64,000 nucleotides of DNA. It comes from Eledone cirrhosa. Taxonomy: Eukaryota. Position numbers and translations under genes: made by a program. The DNA lies in assembly GCA_964016885.1 (NCBI GenBank), contig OZ024740.1:374976001-375040000 (forward strand), written 5' to 3'. The notes under the pieces were generated by a model, which was not told where the DNA came from, made no database searches, and saw only the letters and a list, made by a program, of their open reading frames with translations. Below, piece after piece: positions 27,882-39,520 of this stretch; the stretch's first letter is position 1; the number at the start of each line of letters is the position of its first letter.

Positions 27882-29173
27882 TTGTGTGTGTATGTGTGTG
27901 TGTGTGTTTGTGTGTGTATGTGTGTGTGTGTGTGTGTGTGTTGAGAGAAAGAGAGAAAGAGAAATTGATAGAGATTGAGATTAGCACATTTCAAGTGTAT
28001 GTTTACTTTGTAAAGAAGTGACACACACAAAGAAAAAAACTTATATGAGATTGTTTTATTTTTTTTTTAGAGAGAGCCAATATGATTTATATATAGATAA
28101 GAAAGAATATATTTTGTTTCTATTTCACATTAAAACAATCGAGTATTTTTCTTTTTTTCTGGCTAAGGCAAACCGTCAATTATCTAAACGAATAATGTAG
28201 ACTGTATGTATAATTTACCTTATGAGGAAAAGTTTTAATACAAGAGTTATTTTCACGAATTTTCAATTATTTGCTCCCCACAAAATGTATATTTTTATTA
28301 TAAACGTTTGTGTTTTTATACTTTTTGTATGTTTGTCTGCGTTACTAATGAGGAGATGATTATATATGACATCAGTAAAAATGCAAACGATATATTATTT
28401 CCTCAATAAGTGTATACACACACACACACATATATATATATACACAAATATATGTATATAGAATGCGAGGTGGGGGCGATAGAGACACATAGAGTAGGAG
28501 AGAAAGACAGAGAGAGGCGTAAGCGACAGACATTGTGTTTATGGTGTGTATGTATAATATTTGAATTATTACCCATAAAATGTACGATAAAATATATCTA
28601 AGTTCGCCGATAACAAGGACTATAATATTATGCAGCAATAGATTTCTGACGGCTATATGAAAATGATTTAGTGTGAATATTAATATAGAAGCCAATTCTA
28701 TGAATAAAGAAATATTCTTTAGCCTCGAATTATTTTCAGTCCAGCATCTAAAATAAGTCTTGCTTGCAGTGTTTCAGGAAATTCATATATCATACATTTC
28801 CTAAATAAAGCTAACATAGAATTTTGCTTTTTCATCATAACTGTACACGCTTCTATTGTTATTTCCTCATAATTATAACGATCGTTGGCATGAATCTTGC
28901 ACAGGATCATTTTGTTCACATCAAAGATGATGATGTATTGAAATATAAACCTGATTACAAATTTTATGTGGCACTAGAATATAACTCAGTAATATTCATA
29001 CTTTTATAGGTGCCATTTATGTTGCTTTCATGTGACGTTTCCAGTGCTTCTACCTTAATATAAATATACCATACAAATAAACAGGACAATCCGAATGCTA
29101 CTAAATATACTATCATTTAGACATATATATCAACGTCCAAACCTTCCATCAGACACGTAAGCCGACTAATCCC

Positions 29174-29207
<34 letters not shown>

Positions 29208-30019
29208 TAAGGGTATAGATCACTATTTTCATCGTTAAGACAACTTAAGCTCCATAGCCTCGTTCACTCTTCGTTCTGCAGAAGCCAATAGTTATAGCTA
29301 GAGCTTTCATGTGTCAAAATTAGGTAAGACAAGGATTCATATTAGTGTTGTTTATTTATACACCCACGAACACGTCAATGCAACCAGAATAATTCAGCAA
29401 TAGTGGAGAAAAGAACCCCGAAAATTAGCAGTTAAATTACTCCAACATAGGCGCTTTATTTCAAGCCATATCTCTTCAGGAAATACAATAAAACAATAAT
29501 TTGTTTAACGTCAAAAGCAAAATATCAAGAATAACACAAGATTCTTACTACATAAACAGAGAGCAGTGAACATATGTTTTGGATGCGTATATGTGCATGT
29601 ATGTTAGTGTCTATATTATTGTATCGCTGTCATCAACAGTATCAATTTAAACCGATATCACAGTATGGACACTGAGTATCGTCTTGCTTTGCATCTCATT
29701 GTCTTCCACAATATTTAGTTATAGCAGTGGCTACCAGCACGCTTTTCCTCTTTATGCAACGCTATCATTATATTTGTTTTTCTATTCCTATGAAAAATTG
29801 ACCCACTTCACCAAAAAAGTAAATCGTTTGGCTTATATGTCCTACCTTTAATACTGTTCGCGAACGTGTTTCTTCCGTCTGGTAAAATACTACAAGTACA
29901 GTGCCTGACTACGTTGTTGCACATTGTGAGGTGGGATATTTTACCTGTTGCTAATATTTCATTTCATCTCTTACATACACGGTTGTCTAATGTTAACTGA
30001 TATATATATATATATATAT

Positions 30020-30147
30020 AAGTTTATCCCGGTTTCATCGGGGGTAACCACAGTAAGTAAGGTACTCAATACAAGGCAGAGTATAAATATTTAATATACA
30101 AATGGCTTCTACAGGACTAGAACTCTTTCATTCGGGAGAAATCATCA
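30020..30147 (-). mobile_element. Short PLE-tail-like repeat with partial HHR (same family as 47677-47860)
   Basis: Sequence similarity to 47677-47808; flanked by TA tracts. Confidence 0.65.
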
Positions 30148-30774
30148 TATATATATATATGGGGGGGGGGGGCGTGCGGCTGCATGGGTGCGTGCGTCAT
30201 TGTGTGTGTTTGAGAGTGAGTGAATGTATATGAACGTGTCTATCTATATATCTAAATGGCTGACTAAGACACTTGCTTTTTCTGCAAAATACTTTTTCCT
30301 TTCCCTCCTCTTTCCCCCTCTTTTTCTTTTTCTCATTCTACCTTCTGATGAAGGATCTGTGACCGAAACTTAAAGTCATTGGTTTTATTATGTCAAGAGT
30401 CAAACTAATATAGTTTGTCGTCGTAAACATTATGCAATCTCGTTGAACATACCTTTAGTTGTATTCTATATTATTTGTGTCATGACAAATTGAATCATTG
30501 AAGACAAGAAGTATCTTTAATTTGGGTTCATATTATGCTGATGTCAAATAATTTCAGTAAACTTGCATATATCACTTATGCATCGAACTTTGTTTTACGT
30601 CATTTTTCATAGCAGTAAAAATATGTTTCTTCCTCGTGAAATATAAAATTGTGTTACGTTCCGAAGGGTTTGTGTTCTAGGCAGAATCATGATCCAGTTA
30701 GTTATATATTATACTATGTAATATTCTGTACTAGTGTGTGATGCATCTCAAAGATCCTTGTATAAAGTTTCATA

Positions 30775-30931
30775 AATGGACACACTAGAAGGGGAAAACC
30801 AAGGTTAACGTATGTTGATGCCCTAAGGACAGACAGTGGTCTGTTGGAGAGGCAGGACATGGCAGCGATAATGAGGGACAGAGACCGCTGGAGAGAACTA
30901 GTCCATGGTTCTCGGGAATTTTACCCGCCTT
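30775..30931 (+). mobile_element. 3' end of RTE-type LINE (same family as 46030-46810 and 56111-56668)
   Basis: Shared 3' terminus ...ggaattttacccgcct. Confidence 0.8.
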
Positions 30932-31674
30932 AGATAGATAGATAGACAGTGAAGAAATGAGATTGTCTGGTGTAGACAACTATATGAAATGTTAAGTAAG
31001 AGATCAAGAATAAATGCAGCAATCGAATGTAACGAAAACCTACGCTCAATCTCAGATTACCATGATACTTTATTGTTTATAGTTATTCCGAGCAGACAGT
31101 CAATACATGTCGATGAGTTGGAAATCAACGAACATATGGAGGTGACTCAGATTGTACACGATCAGAAAAATGTGTTGATGTATTGAGATTATACATCACT
31201 ATTGTGCGATTATTTCGACTGGGATTGGCTTCAGCTATCCAATATCAAGTTCTGTGTAGAATTGGCAATGCATATACTATAGTCGATTCAGTCGATTAAA
31301 TGTTTTCTCATACAAATATTTTGCTTAATCAAAAGGAAATAATCATAAAGCAGTATGATAGCAACACAAATACTGGTTCCATCGCTTCAATTCATTTTAA
31401 TAACAACAGAGAAGGTGGTATAGTGACAACGAAAGTATTATGATGTCAATACTATTAGATCTCATGAGCTTCGATGCACTCAAAATATCACGTTATTTTA
31501 TGTAATTCTATACACCATTCAAATATCTGTTATGCTTTTATTAAGAATGTTGCCGTTTAGAAATGTTGTACAAGATCTCTATGACGTATGCTTAAAGTAA
31601 TGTGTGTACTTCTTTAACAATGCTACCTGGTATTAAGTAGAAAAGTAGTTTATTAAAATTATGCCTCAGCAGCG

Positions 31675-31722
<48 letters not shown>
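31675..31722. repeat. (GTA)n microsatellite
   Basis: Seen directly. Confidence 0.95.
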
Positions 31723-32999
31723 TCGACCGCTCGGACAATACATATGATGTTTAGTGGGGCTACTACTGCATGGAGATACTCATGTTGGTACTTAGACACC
31801 ACATCCCTTAGTAAATGTGTAATGCCCACCAAGGCAGCTGGTTTTAGATCTGTTTTTTTATCCCCGGAGTATTTTCTTAAGATACCCCTTCTTTGTTAGT
31901 AGTATCACGCTGTAAACGCTTGTAACATCTGGAAATATCTTGGTGCAGTTTGCTGGTTAAGACCACATTCGTCAAGCATCGATCACAAAGTCAGTATGCT
32001 ATTTTTTTTTTATTTCCTTTCAATGCCATGTGTTGCTTTCAATGAAGGGATTCACCAATAATGTGGCATACAAGCTTGTTCGTGTACATAACTAGAATAT
32101 CAGGCGTTGTGTGTTCAACACTGACATTCATTTAGATAGTGAAGAATTATAGTACTCTAAGTTCGTCTCTGTCATCAAGGCTACTCCATCGAGGATGCTT
32201 GGACATTTTATCGGACACCTGTTATCGATATTCTTTAACATATTGATCATGGGTGGTACAACTTATCATGTCTTCGTTTATAATTTGTCTGGTTTTTAAT
32301 ATTGCATGTTTTCACAATGTGTTGGTCACTTACTATATTAACTCTACACTGACGTCACGTCTCACGTTTCAATATATATATCGGGTTATCTATACGACCT
32401 AAATATTTGACTGTTAAAAGTTTGTTTTTTCCCGCTCACACACGTATACTAAAAAATTGACGAAATGCGCCTTTCCTCATCCAGCCGGTGATTACTTGGC
32501 AACGACTCGAATTCTCGTCTAACGATTGAAAACAGCATCAACGCCCGACCACTACAACCATCAACAATGTCACCACTGTCAGTTCCTCTAATACAGAGAA
32601 CAAGAACAACAGCTTCAATACTACAGACAACTGTAACAGCATCAGCAGCAACAATAACGGTAACAACAAGAGCAGCAACAACAAGATCAGCCTCTCCAAC
32701 AACTCAGCCACATTCGCAGATACGACTGCGAAATCCACTAAAGTAACTAGAGACAAACTTTTAACATAAGCCGCCCGATTAATCAAGAGGCAAAATACAA
32801 AGGGGAAATAGCTGTTCTGATTGAAGTGTTGGTGGTGCGAATGGCAACAGAACCCGAGGTGAGGACCGTAATGTGCTAGCGAGCAATAGGCTTTTAAAGT
32901 GGTTCTCCTCCCCAAAAATACACCAATTATAGAGATCGAACAATTCTATTTCCACCAGCACCCAGACAGTAATAAACCTCATATTTGTTCTCTTATAAC

Positions 33000-35450
33000 A
33001 TAACTTTTATAAGAGGAGGACGCTTAAAGTTTCATGGCCTGGAAATTTGTTGAGCGATCTCGGCTCACTAGATATGGATGTGTTTACCGACAGCGAAGGC
33101 ATGATTTCCGGCACGCATTAAAGCCACCATTTTTGACGACAATGAAATCTTCGTATCTCTTGGTCTACCTATAATGGGGTACGAGGTGGCAGCTCTGTTT
33201 GGGAAATGTCTGGATCTCATGGAACGGCTGATCTCCCTGGAACGGTACCATTAGTTGGTCGTCCTGGATGTACCCAATTGCAATGGTCGTTCCTTTAGAA
33301 ATATGACTCTCTAGACCCCGACTGTAGCTGCACAGCTGAATTTTTTCGGGCGTCAGAAAGCCTTTCTATGGAGGTCCCACCTTTTTCTGTTCCAGGTTAC
33401 TGAAAAGCCATCATTGACTCACACTGTGATTGTGTCAAAGTAGTAGATAGAAGAACGGGAAGCAAAGACCTCACGATTCTTAAGAGAGTGTTTAGTGTAT
33501 AATCGATAGCTTTTGGTAAGCGCGTGGCGATAAAAAATATATATAGAAAGAAGGGTAATAGCTTAATTATAAGAGACAAGTAGGCCTTGCATTGCAACCG
33601 ATGAAAATTGCATTATGCTATTTTGTTAATGCATAACTCGAATTTTGCATAGTTAGAGGCATTGTCCATTCTCTTTATAACGAAGGACCAACAGCTATCG
33701 GATGGGCCCACATTGCAAAGACGAATCGTAACAATAAGACCTCACAAAGAGCACATGCTGGCGGTTTCAAGACAAATGTTTGCGGCTTTTGGTAGAGAAT
33801 GATGGATCGGAGACAGTAATCGACACCATTTCCTAACTCGATCGACTAATTCAACTGTCATTGACACGCAGAATACTACGAAAAGCTGAAAAGAATTGCC
33901 GAGATTCGAGAAAACCTTTCCTCCCTCCTTGAATACACGAGTTTTCACAGTTCTGCGCGAGAGGGCGTAGTCACATTGTTGGAGAATGACAAGAAAGAGT
34001 TATCTCATTGGCAATTTTTGACACATACATCTGCTAAATACAAATTTTAATATTTTGTCCAACGTCGGTGAATTGGCAGTTTTCGGTAGAAGGTCTGACG
34101 CCATGCTTTGCAGCATAGAATTAGGGCCCTTTATGATCTGAGTTCAAATCCCGCCGAGGTTAACTTTGACATTCATCCTTACGTGGTCGATAAAATAAAA
34201 TACCAGTCCACACTGGGGTCGATTTAATCGGCACCCCCTCGTCCAACGTGCTTGGTTGTTGTTGTACGTCTGGTAGGGGAGATGCAGACGTGCGCCATCC
34301 TCACCAAATCCATTTACAACCTCTACCACATGTGATACGTCATAAAAATGGTAGGAGTAAACCTGGCTTCGGTAGGGTCCTGATCAATTCGCATGAATCG
34401 AAAGCTTTCAATATGATCGAACATCAATACCTTGATGCTCTCCTCATAGCGCCAGACTTCTGTCCCGTCTTCAGAGGCTGGATCGCTACAATGTATAAAA
34501 TCATACTCTCCCTGCTCAATGTCACCGGCCAGCTATCTTAACCTTTCCAGATTGCTGTCTTATTCCGTTAACAATGTCCTCTCTTTTCCATTCTGTACAT
34601 ACTGAACCTCGAGTCATTACTACAACATCACCTGGATGGTGTCGAAATCGAGAAGATCGGGAACTTCCTAGGTGAATACATAAGGTTGACGGGAGCAAAT
34701 ACCGGCCTGGAAAGTTCAGTGTGTTTGTAGCACGGTGACTGTAGAGGCAAATCTAGTTTCGTGTGGAGGTAGCCAATGCGTACATCGCGTCCGTCATCCT
34801 TTAATACATGGCCGTCTTGACTTGCCCCATCACACCTTACTAAATTGGATCGCCTTCTCTTAAGCTTCTTGTGGAAGTGACAGGTTATATTGTTCAGACT
34901 GACCATCTGCAGCCAGGGCACTCTCGGCTGAGGCTGGGTATGCCGAGTCTGATGATGCGCAAACATGCTTAGAGGCTACGGAATCTTCAGGTATTCTTAA
35001 ACAGAGAAGATATATGTTCACCGTTTGTGAGATAAGTCTTTCCGCATCTGGTCACTTTGACAAAGCAGCAATTCTGAGTCAGGTGAAAGTTGAGTCTGGG
35101 AACATGGCATCTGCAAAAGTGCCAAGTGCTCATTGGCTTCTACTCATCGGGAAACGGAATTAGTTTCACACTGGAGTTCTAAAGAAGAACGGAAGTGGGT
35201 GAGTGTGACGATGTTGTGGAAGAGGTTCTAGGCGTCGACGAAATTGAATTGAAGAGCCGGGGATCATTAACAACTTCCAGAAATCCCTCGTTTGTCACTG
35301 CTACCGGGATGCACTGCCGGTTTGAGGCCTACTCTGCAAGTATGGAAGTGCTGTGAATCGCACCAGTTCCAGATGCGCACAGTGGGGGGAAACGGTAATG
35401 CACGTACACGTCCTGTGTTCGTACATCACTGACTTGTGGTTTTTTTCGAA
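33000..35450 (+). pseudogene. Degraded L1/Tx1-type LINE ORF2 (APE endonuclease + RT) interrupted by a SINE
   Basis: APE-like LVVLDV..SFR..L*TP..QLNFF near 33255; RT-like SKAFNMIEHQYL and PLFSILYILNLESLL. Confidence 0.5.
34066..34255 (+). mobile_element. tRNA-derived SINE
   Basis: Box A, box B and the conserved core seen at 16148. Confidence 0.8.
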
Positions 35451-35639
35451 CAGTTATTATCAGAAGTAGGACAGATTGTTATTGTTATTATTATTATTGT
35501 TAGAACATTCCTTTGAGTTCTGCTTCTTTCTAAATCATGCCGAGTGGGAAACTAGCACCTGAGGACAAATTTAATAATTCACACATGTTACAATGAATGT
35601 TCACATAAATGATGCCATCATCGCTCAATCAATAGTAAA

Positions 35640-36265
35640 TTTCCTTGCAAACTTTTGAATCGAAAATGCCCTTCTCAGTACTTTGGCAGTTCCAGTCAGC
35701 ACTCGTTTTTTTAATGTATGGCTTTCCAGGTATCCGGTCCAAAGCGGTTTTCATTACATTTCTTTAACATTCTAAGTGAACCGACTGTCACTTTTATTAT
35801 ACAGGCCAATAAGTTGCCACATTTTCTCAATTTCAATTGATAGATCTTTATACTTACTGAGCTTTCCGAACACTTTCGAGATGTTTCGATCTGATGGAAT
35901 GCTCATGAAGCATGTTTTCTCTTTATGGCTCTTCACAATTATACCAGGTCTGTTGGTCTTCATTATTCTGTCAGTATTCAGAGAGTAATCCCATAAGCTA
36001 ATCCATGTGGGTGATGGTTGTGCCATTTTCCCTCAGTTTTCAGACCATAAAACCTGCACATTACTCAGTGTAAGTATTGACCGCTCTATCATTACTCGTT
36101 TTGTATTCCTGGGAAGAAAATACCTTGCAGCCTGAAACCAGGGTGTCTATTGTCTCAATATGCTCATCACAGAATCGACACATTTCGTCAGTTCCATTTC
36201 TGATCATATTGGCTTGAAGGTTGCACGTTTGGAGTCATTGGTTTTGGGCAAACAACATAAAACCT
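35640..36265 (-). pseudogene. R4-like LINE C-terminal fragment (CCHC + restriction-like endonuclease)
   Basis: CRFC..ETIDTLVSGCK, LWDYSLNTDR..NRPGII, KYKDLSIEIEKMW. Confidence 0.75.
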
Positions 36266-36267
36266 CA

Positions 36268-36853
36268 GTGGTTTAGCAGTATCAGTAGTGCGTAAGACAC
36301 CATGCTTTGAAGCATAGAGGTATGGAACTTTACGTTCTGAGTTCAAATCCCACCGAGGTTAACGTTGCATTTTATCCTAACCGGGTCGATAAAATAAAGC
36401 AGCAGTAATGCACTGGGGTAATTGATGGCTTTGTGTCAGAAGTAGAAACATTATTACTATGTTCAGAAGCGCGGTGGATTGGCAGTATCGGTAGAGGGTC
36501 TGATGCCATGCTCTGACGTATAAAGTTACGGCCCTTGCCATTCTGAGTTCAAATCCCGCCGAGGTTAACTTTGCCTTTCATCCTTACAGGGTCGATAAAA
36601 TAAAGTACCAGTAATGCTCTGGTAATTGCTGCCTTGTGCCAACAGTAGAAACAATTATTACTATTTTCAGTGGATCGGCAGTATCGGTAGAGGGTCGGAC
36701 GCCAAGCATAGAGTTACGGCCTTTCGCGATTCTGAGTTCAAATCCCGCCGAGGTTAACTTTGCCTTTCATCCTTACAGGGTCTATAAAATAAAGTACGAG
36801 TAATACACTGGGATAATTGCTGGCCTTGTGCCATCAATAGAAACAATTATTAC
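36268..36853 (+). mobile_element. Three head-to-tail tRNA-derived SINE copies
   Basis: Box B gagttcaaatcc near 36339, 36545 and 36734; each unit ends in agtagaaacaattatta-like sequence. Confidence 0.85.
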
Positions 36854-36899
36854 TGTTTTCATCATTATTCTTGGAGTCGCAGTCATTTATCTTATTTAA

Positions 36900-37560
36900 G
36901 TGGAAACTCTGTTGAAATGAACACCAAGCCGCTACCTGCATCCTCAGATGTTCACACCGTATCGGCAGGTTCTTGCTGTTCCCAGCAAGCATGCCTTTTG
37001 TAGTGTTTCAAAAAAAAGGGACTGGACTAATTTTCGTTAACCATCCATGAAAACTCTTTGTGATAGTACCTAGTGCTCCTATAACAATCATGACGACCTT
37101 GATCTCATCACAGTACCAAATCCTTTTTAACTCCCATTTTTAATCCTGCTATCGGTTAATTCCCTGCTTTTCCTTTTCTTGTGTCAAAGGCGCAGGCTAC
37201 ATCTACAATCAGGCACAATCTTTTTTTCTTGTCAAAAACCAACAGTTCAGGCCTATTGTGTTCTAATTTCTTGTCTGTCTGTATCCTGAAATACCATAGC
37301 ATCGTCACTTGATCATTTTCTCTTACCGACTCTTGCTTATGCTCTTACCACTTCTCAGAATGTGGTATATTATTTAGTTTACATAAATGCCAGTGAATCC
37401 CTTTTCCTATTATATCATGCCTCCAACCTTTATAGTGTGTCTCGGCTAGATGTTTATACTCGGATACGATGTTCCCCTTCTCCCTTTTCCGCAGATCCTA
37501 CACAGTGAGCTAGCATCCACCCTTATAATATTGTGTTTCACCCACTTCGTTCTGAAGATT
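36900..37560 (-). pseudogene. R4-like LINE C-terminal fragment
   Basis: LWYFRIQTDKKLEHNRPELLVF and ELKRIW..VVMIVIGALG. Confidence 0.7.
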
Positions 37561-37604
37561 TGTTGTTGTTATTGTTGCTACTACTTTTTTTATTTTTATT
37601 CTGT

Positions 37605-37815
37605 GCGATGGATTGGTAGGATCTTTAGACAGTCGGACAAAATGCTGTTTACTATTGGTTCCGGACCTTTACATTCTACGTCGTTCAAAGCCTTACATTT
37701 CATCATTGCGGGGTCAATAAAATAAGGTACCATATTGCACTGGGGTCGATTTAACTGACTTTCCCGATCTTGTTCTAATATCTTACCTTGTGCCAAATGT
37801 AGAAAGAATTATTAT
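37605..37815 (+). mobile_element. Diverged tRNA-derived SINE (other diverged copies at ~53460-53640 -, 53700-53915 +, 55722-55930 -, 60493-60597 -)
   Basis: Core gggtc(g/a)ataaaataa.gtacca..gcactggggtcgat is retained. Confidence 0.65.
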
Positions 37816-37829
37816 TATACAAATTGCAT

Positions 37830-38390
37830 TTTCTAAACCGAGGAGTAAATCACAACCAACGACCTACGGTCTTATGGGATACTTTTATCAGCTCGGTTTT
37901 CAAGTAGATTCTTAAAATGTGGTTTTCTATAGTAAGATTCCTTGAACATCAATCTGACATCGATAATTTTATTTTCATCATGATTGTAAGAAGTGTGGCC
38001 ACTGCCACTAACGCATTATCAACTTTTCTTTTCAGGACTTGCTGTTTCACAATCGGGTTCTATTTCGTTTTCACGCACTTTGATATCACCCGGAGACAAT
38101 ATATCAATTACTGAACAGAATTCCTTTCTTCTTTTTTATTTTGACGAATGCAATGGCTGGTACTTTTGCCTCAATTACTTCATCACATTGAATGTTGAAA
38201 TCGTACAACCACATATCTTCCATCATTACGTTCACTGCACTAGGGTGGTCTCCATACAAACTATCAGCTCTGTCCAAATTATAATTTCCAACGAACAATG
38301 CATGCAATATATTCGTGTAACAATGTGTATTTTCTTTGTGCAAATTTACTGTTTTCGTTTACTACGTGGATAACGCTTACAGGTTTTTCA
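37830..38390 (-). pseudogene. R4-like LINE C-terminal fragment
   Basis: LYDFNIQCDEVIEAKVPAIAFV in ORF 38104-38343. Confidence 0.55.
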
Positions 38391-39208
38391 CTACATAGTC
38401 TGCATATAATATTTCGATATTCTTATCTGTAGATTATTTCATATAATTTGGTCGTTCGTCTGCTGCGTAGATTAAGACATCAGTTCTAACCTTTAGGTAT
38501 GATTTCCGCATACATTCTCATGTCACTTTCTCATCCACGCTGTTACTCCTATTTCTTATTTATTGTCTATACGTAATCTTAACGATACAATATGTCGTCT
38601 TTTCCTCTATTCTGATTTATGTATATTTATACTTCTTAAGGCTTAATCCAAACAAAGGCTTTTCCAAAAACAGAAGTGTGCTTGAAATATTATCTACGTA
38701 CCATTTCGTTTTTTCCTTCTCCAATTCGGTACCTTACTGTATTTTTCTTGAATAGATAAAGCACCTGTTCCATAGATTTTCATTGAATTCCACGTCTTCC
38801 TCTCTCTATTTATTTCGAAGATCTTCCCTATTAAAATTGGGTAAAACTACTTCATAATTCATTGCGTATATCATCCATGTGATTATTGCTCATATCATGT
38901 GTCTTTAATACCAGTTTCAAAATTCTCTGGTATTTCTTTTCACACAATGATTAATCATTGCTAAATATTTAATCAATTTTCTGCTGTCATTCATTACTTC
39001 CCCACTATAGAAAGCTTTCATATTAGTTGATTGTTTATATTCCATATCACTTCATTTATTACAGAACATTTATAATTATTTCCTAAATAAATCAACAGAT
39101 TTAGCAGTACTTTTTGAAAATACAATAATTTAATTGAGCTCATTTTATATCACTTCAGGATGTTGGAGGTCCTTATGCCCACACTATATAATTATATATA
39201 TAAATATA

Positions 39209-39239
<31 letters not shown>

Positions 39240-39319
39240 GTGTGTGTGTGTGTGTGTATCTATTTGTGTGTTTGTATGTTTGTGTGTGTATTTGTGTGTG
39301 TGCGGGTCTGTGTGTGTGT

Positions 39320-39462
39320 GTATGAAAATAGCCATGACCTCGACGGCTGACCTCCGGATCTAGCTGCCGAAACTCTTTTCATATTACCCACTCTACATCC
39401 CTAAGAGCTGAGTAGTGTGGTGCGTTATGGTCCACCTGGTATCTTACCACACCCTTTTTGCC
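39320..39462 (+). mobile_element. Solo tail related to the PLE-1 pLTR
   Basis: ggtgcgttatggtccacctgg is the reverse complement of 20674-20694. Confidence 0.75.
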
Positions 39463-39509
<47 letters not shown>

Positions 39510-39520
39510 TATGTATATAT

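Noticed and set aside
28824-29009. Possible host exon (..VLKYKPDYKFYVAL..)
   Set aside because: No convincing splice sites or recognisable domain; would need BLASTX or RNA-seq.
29437-29484. Minus-strand CTGAAGA..GAAA..GCGCCTATGTT|GGAGT
   Set aside because: Possibly a decayed HHR, but helices II and III need several corrections.
30339-30377. CTGATGAAGG..CCGAAACTTAAAG
   Set aside because: Resembles a minimal HHR, but helix I has only 3 bp and helix III is not palindromic.
36468-36560. tRNA gene (box A and box B present)
   Set aside because: No cloverleaf; it is the head of a multi-copy SINE.
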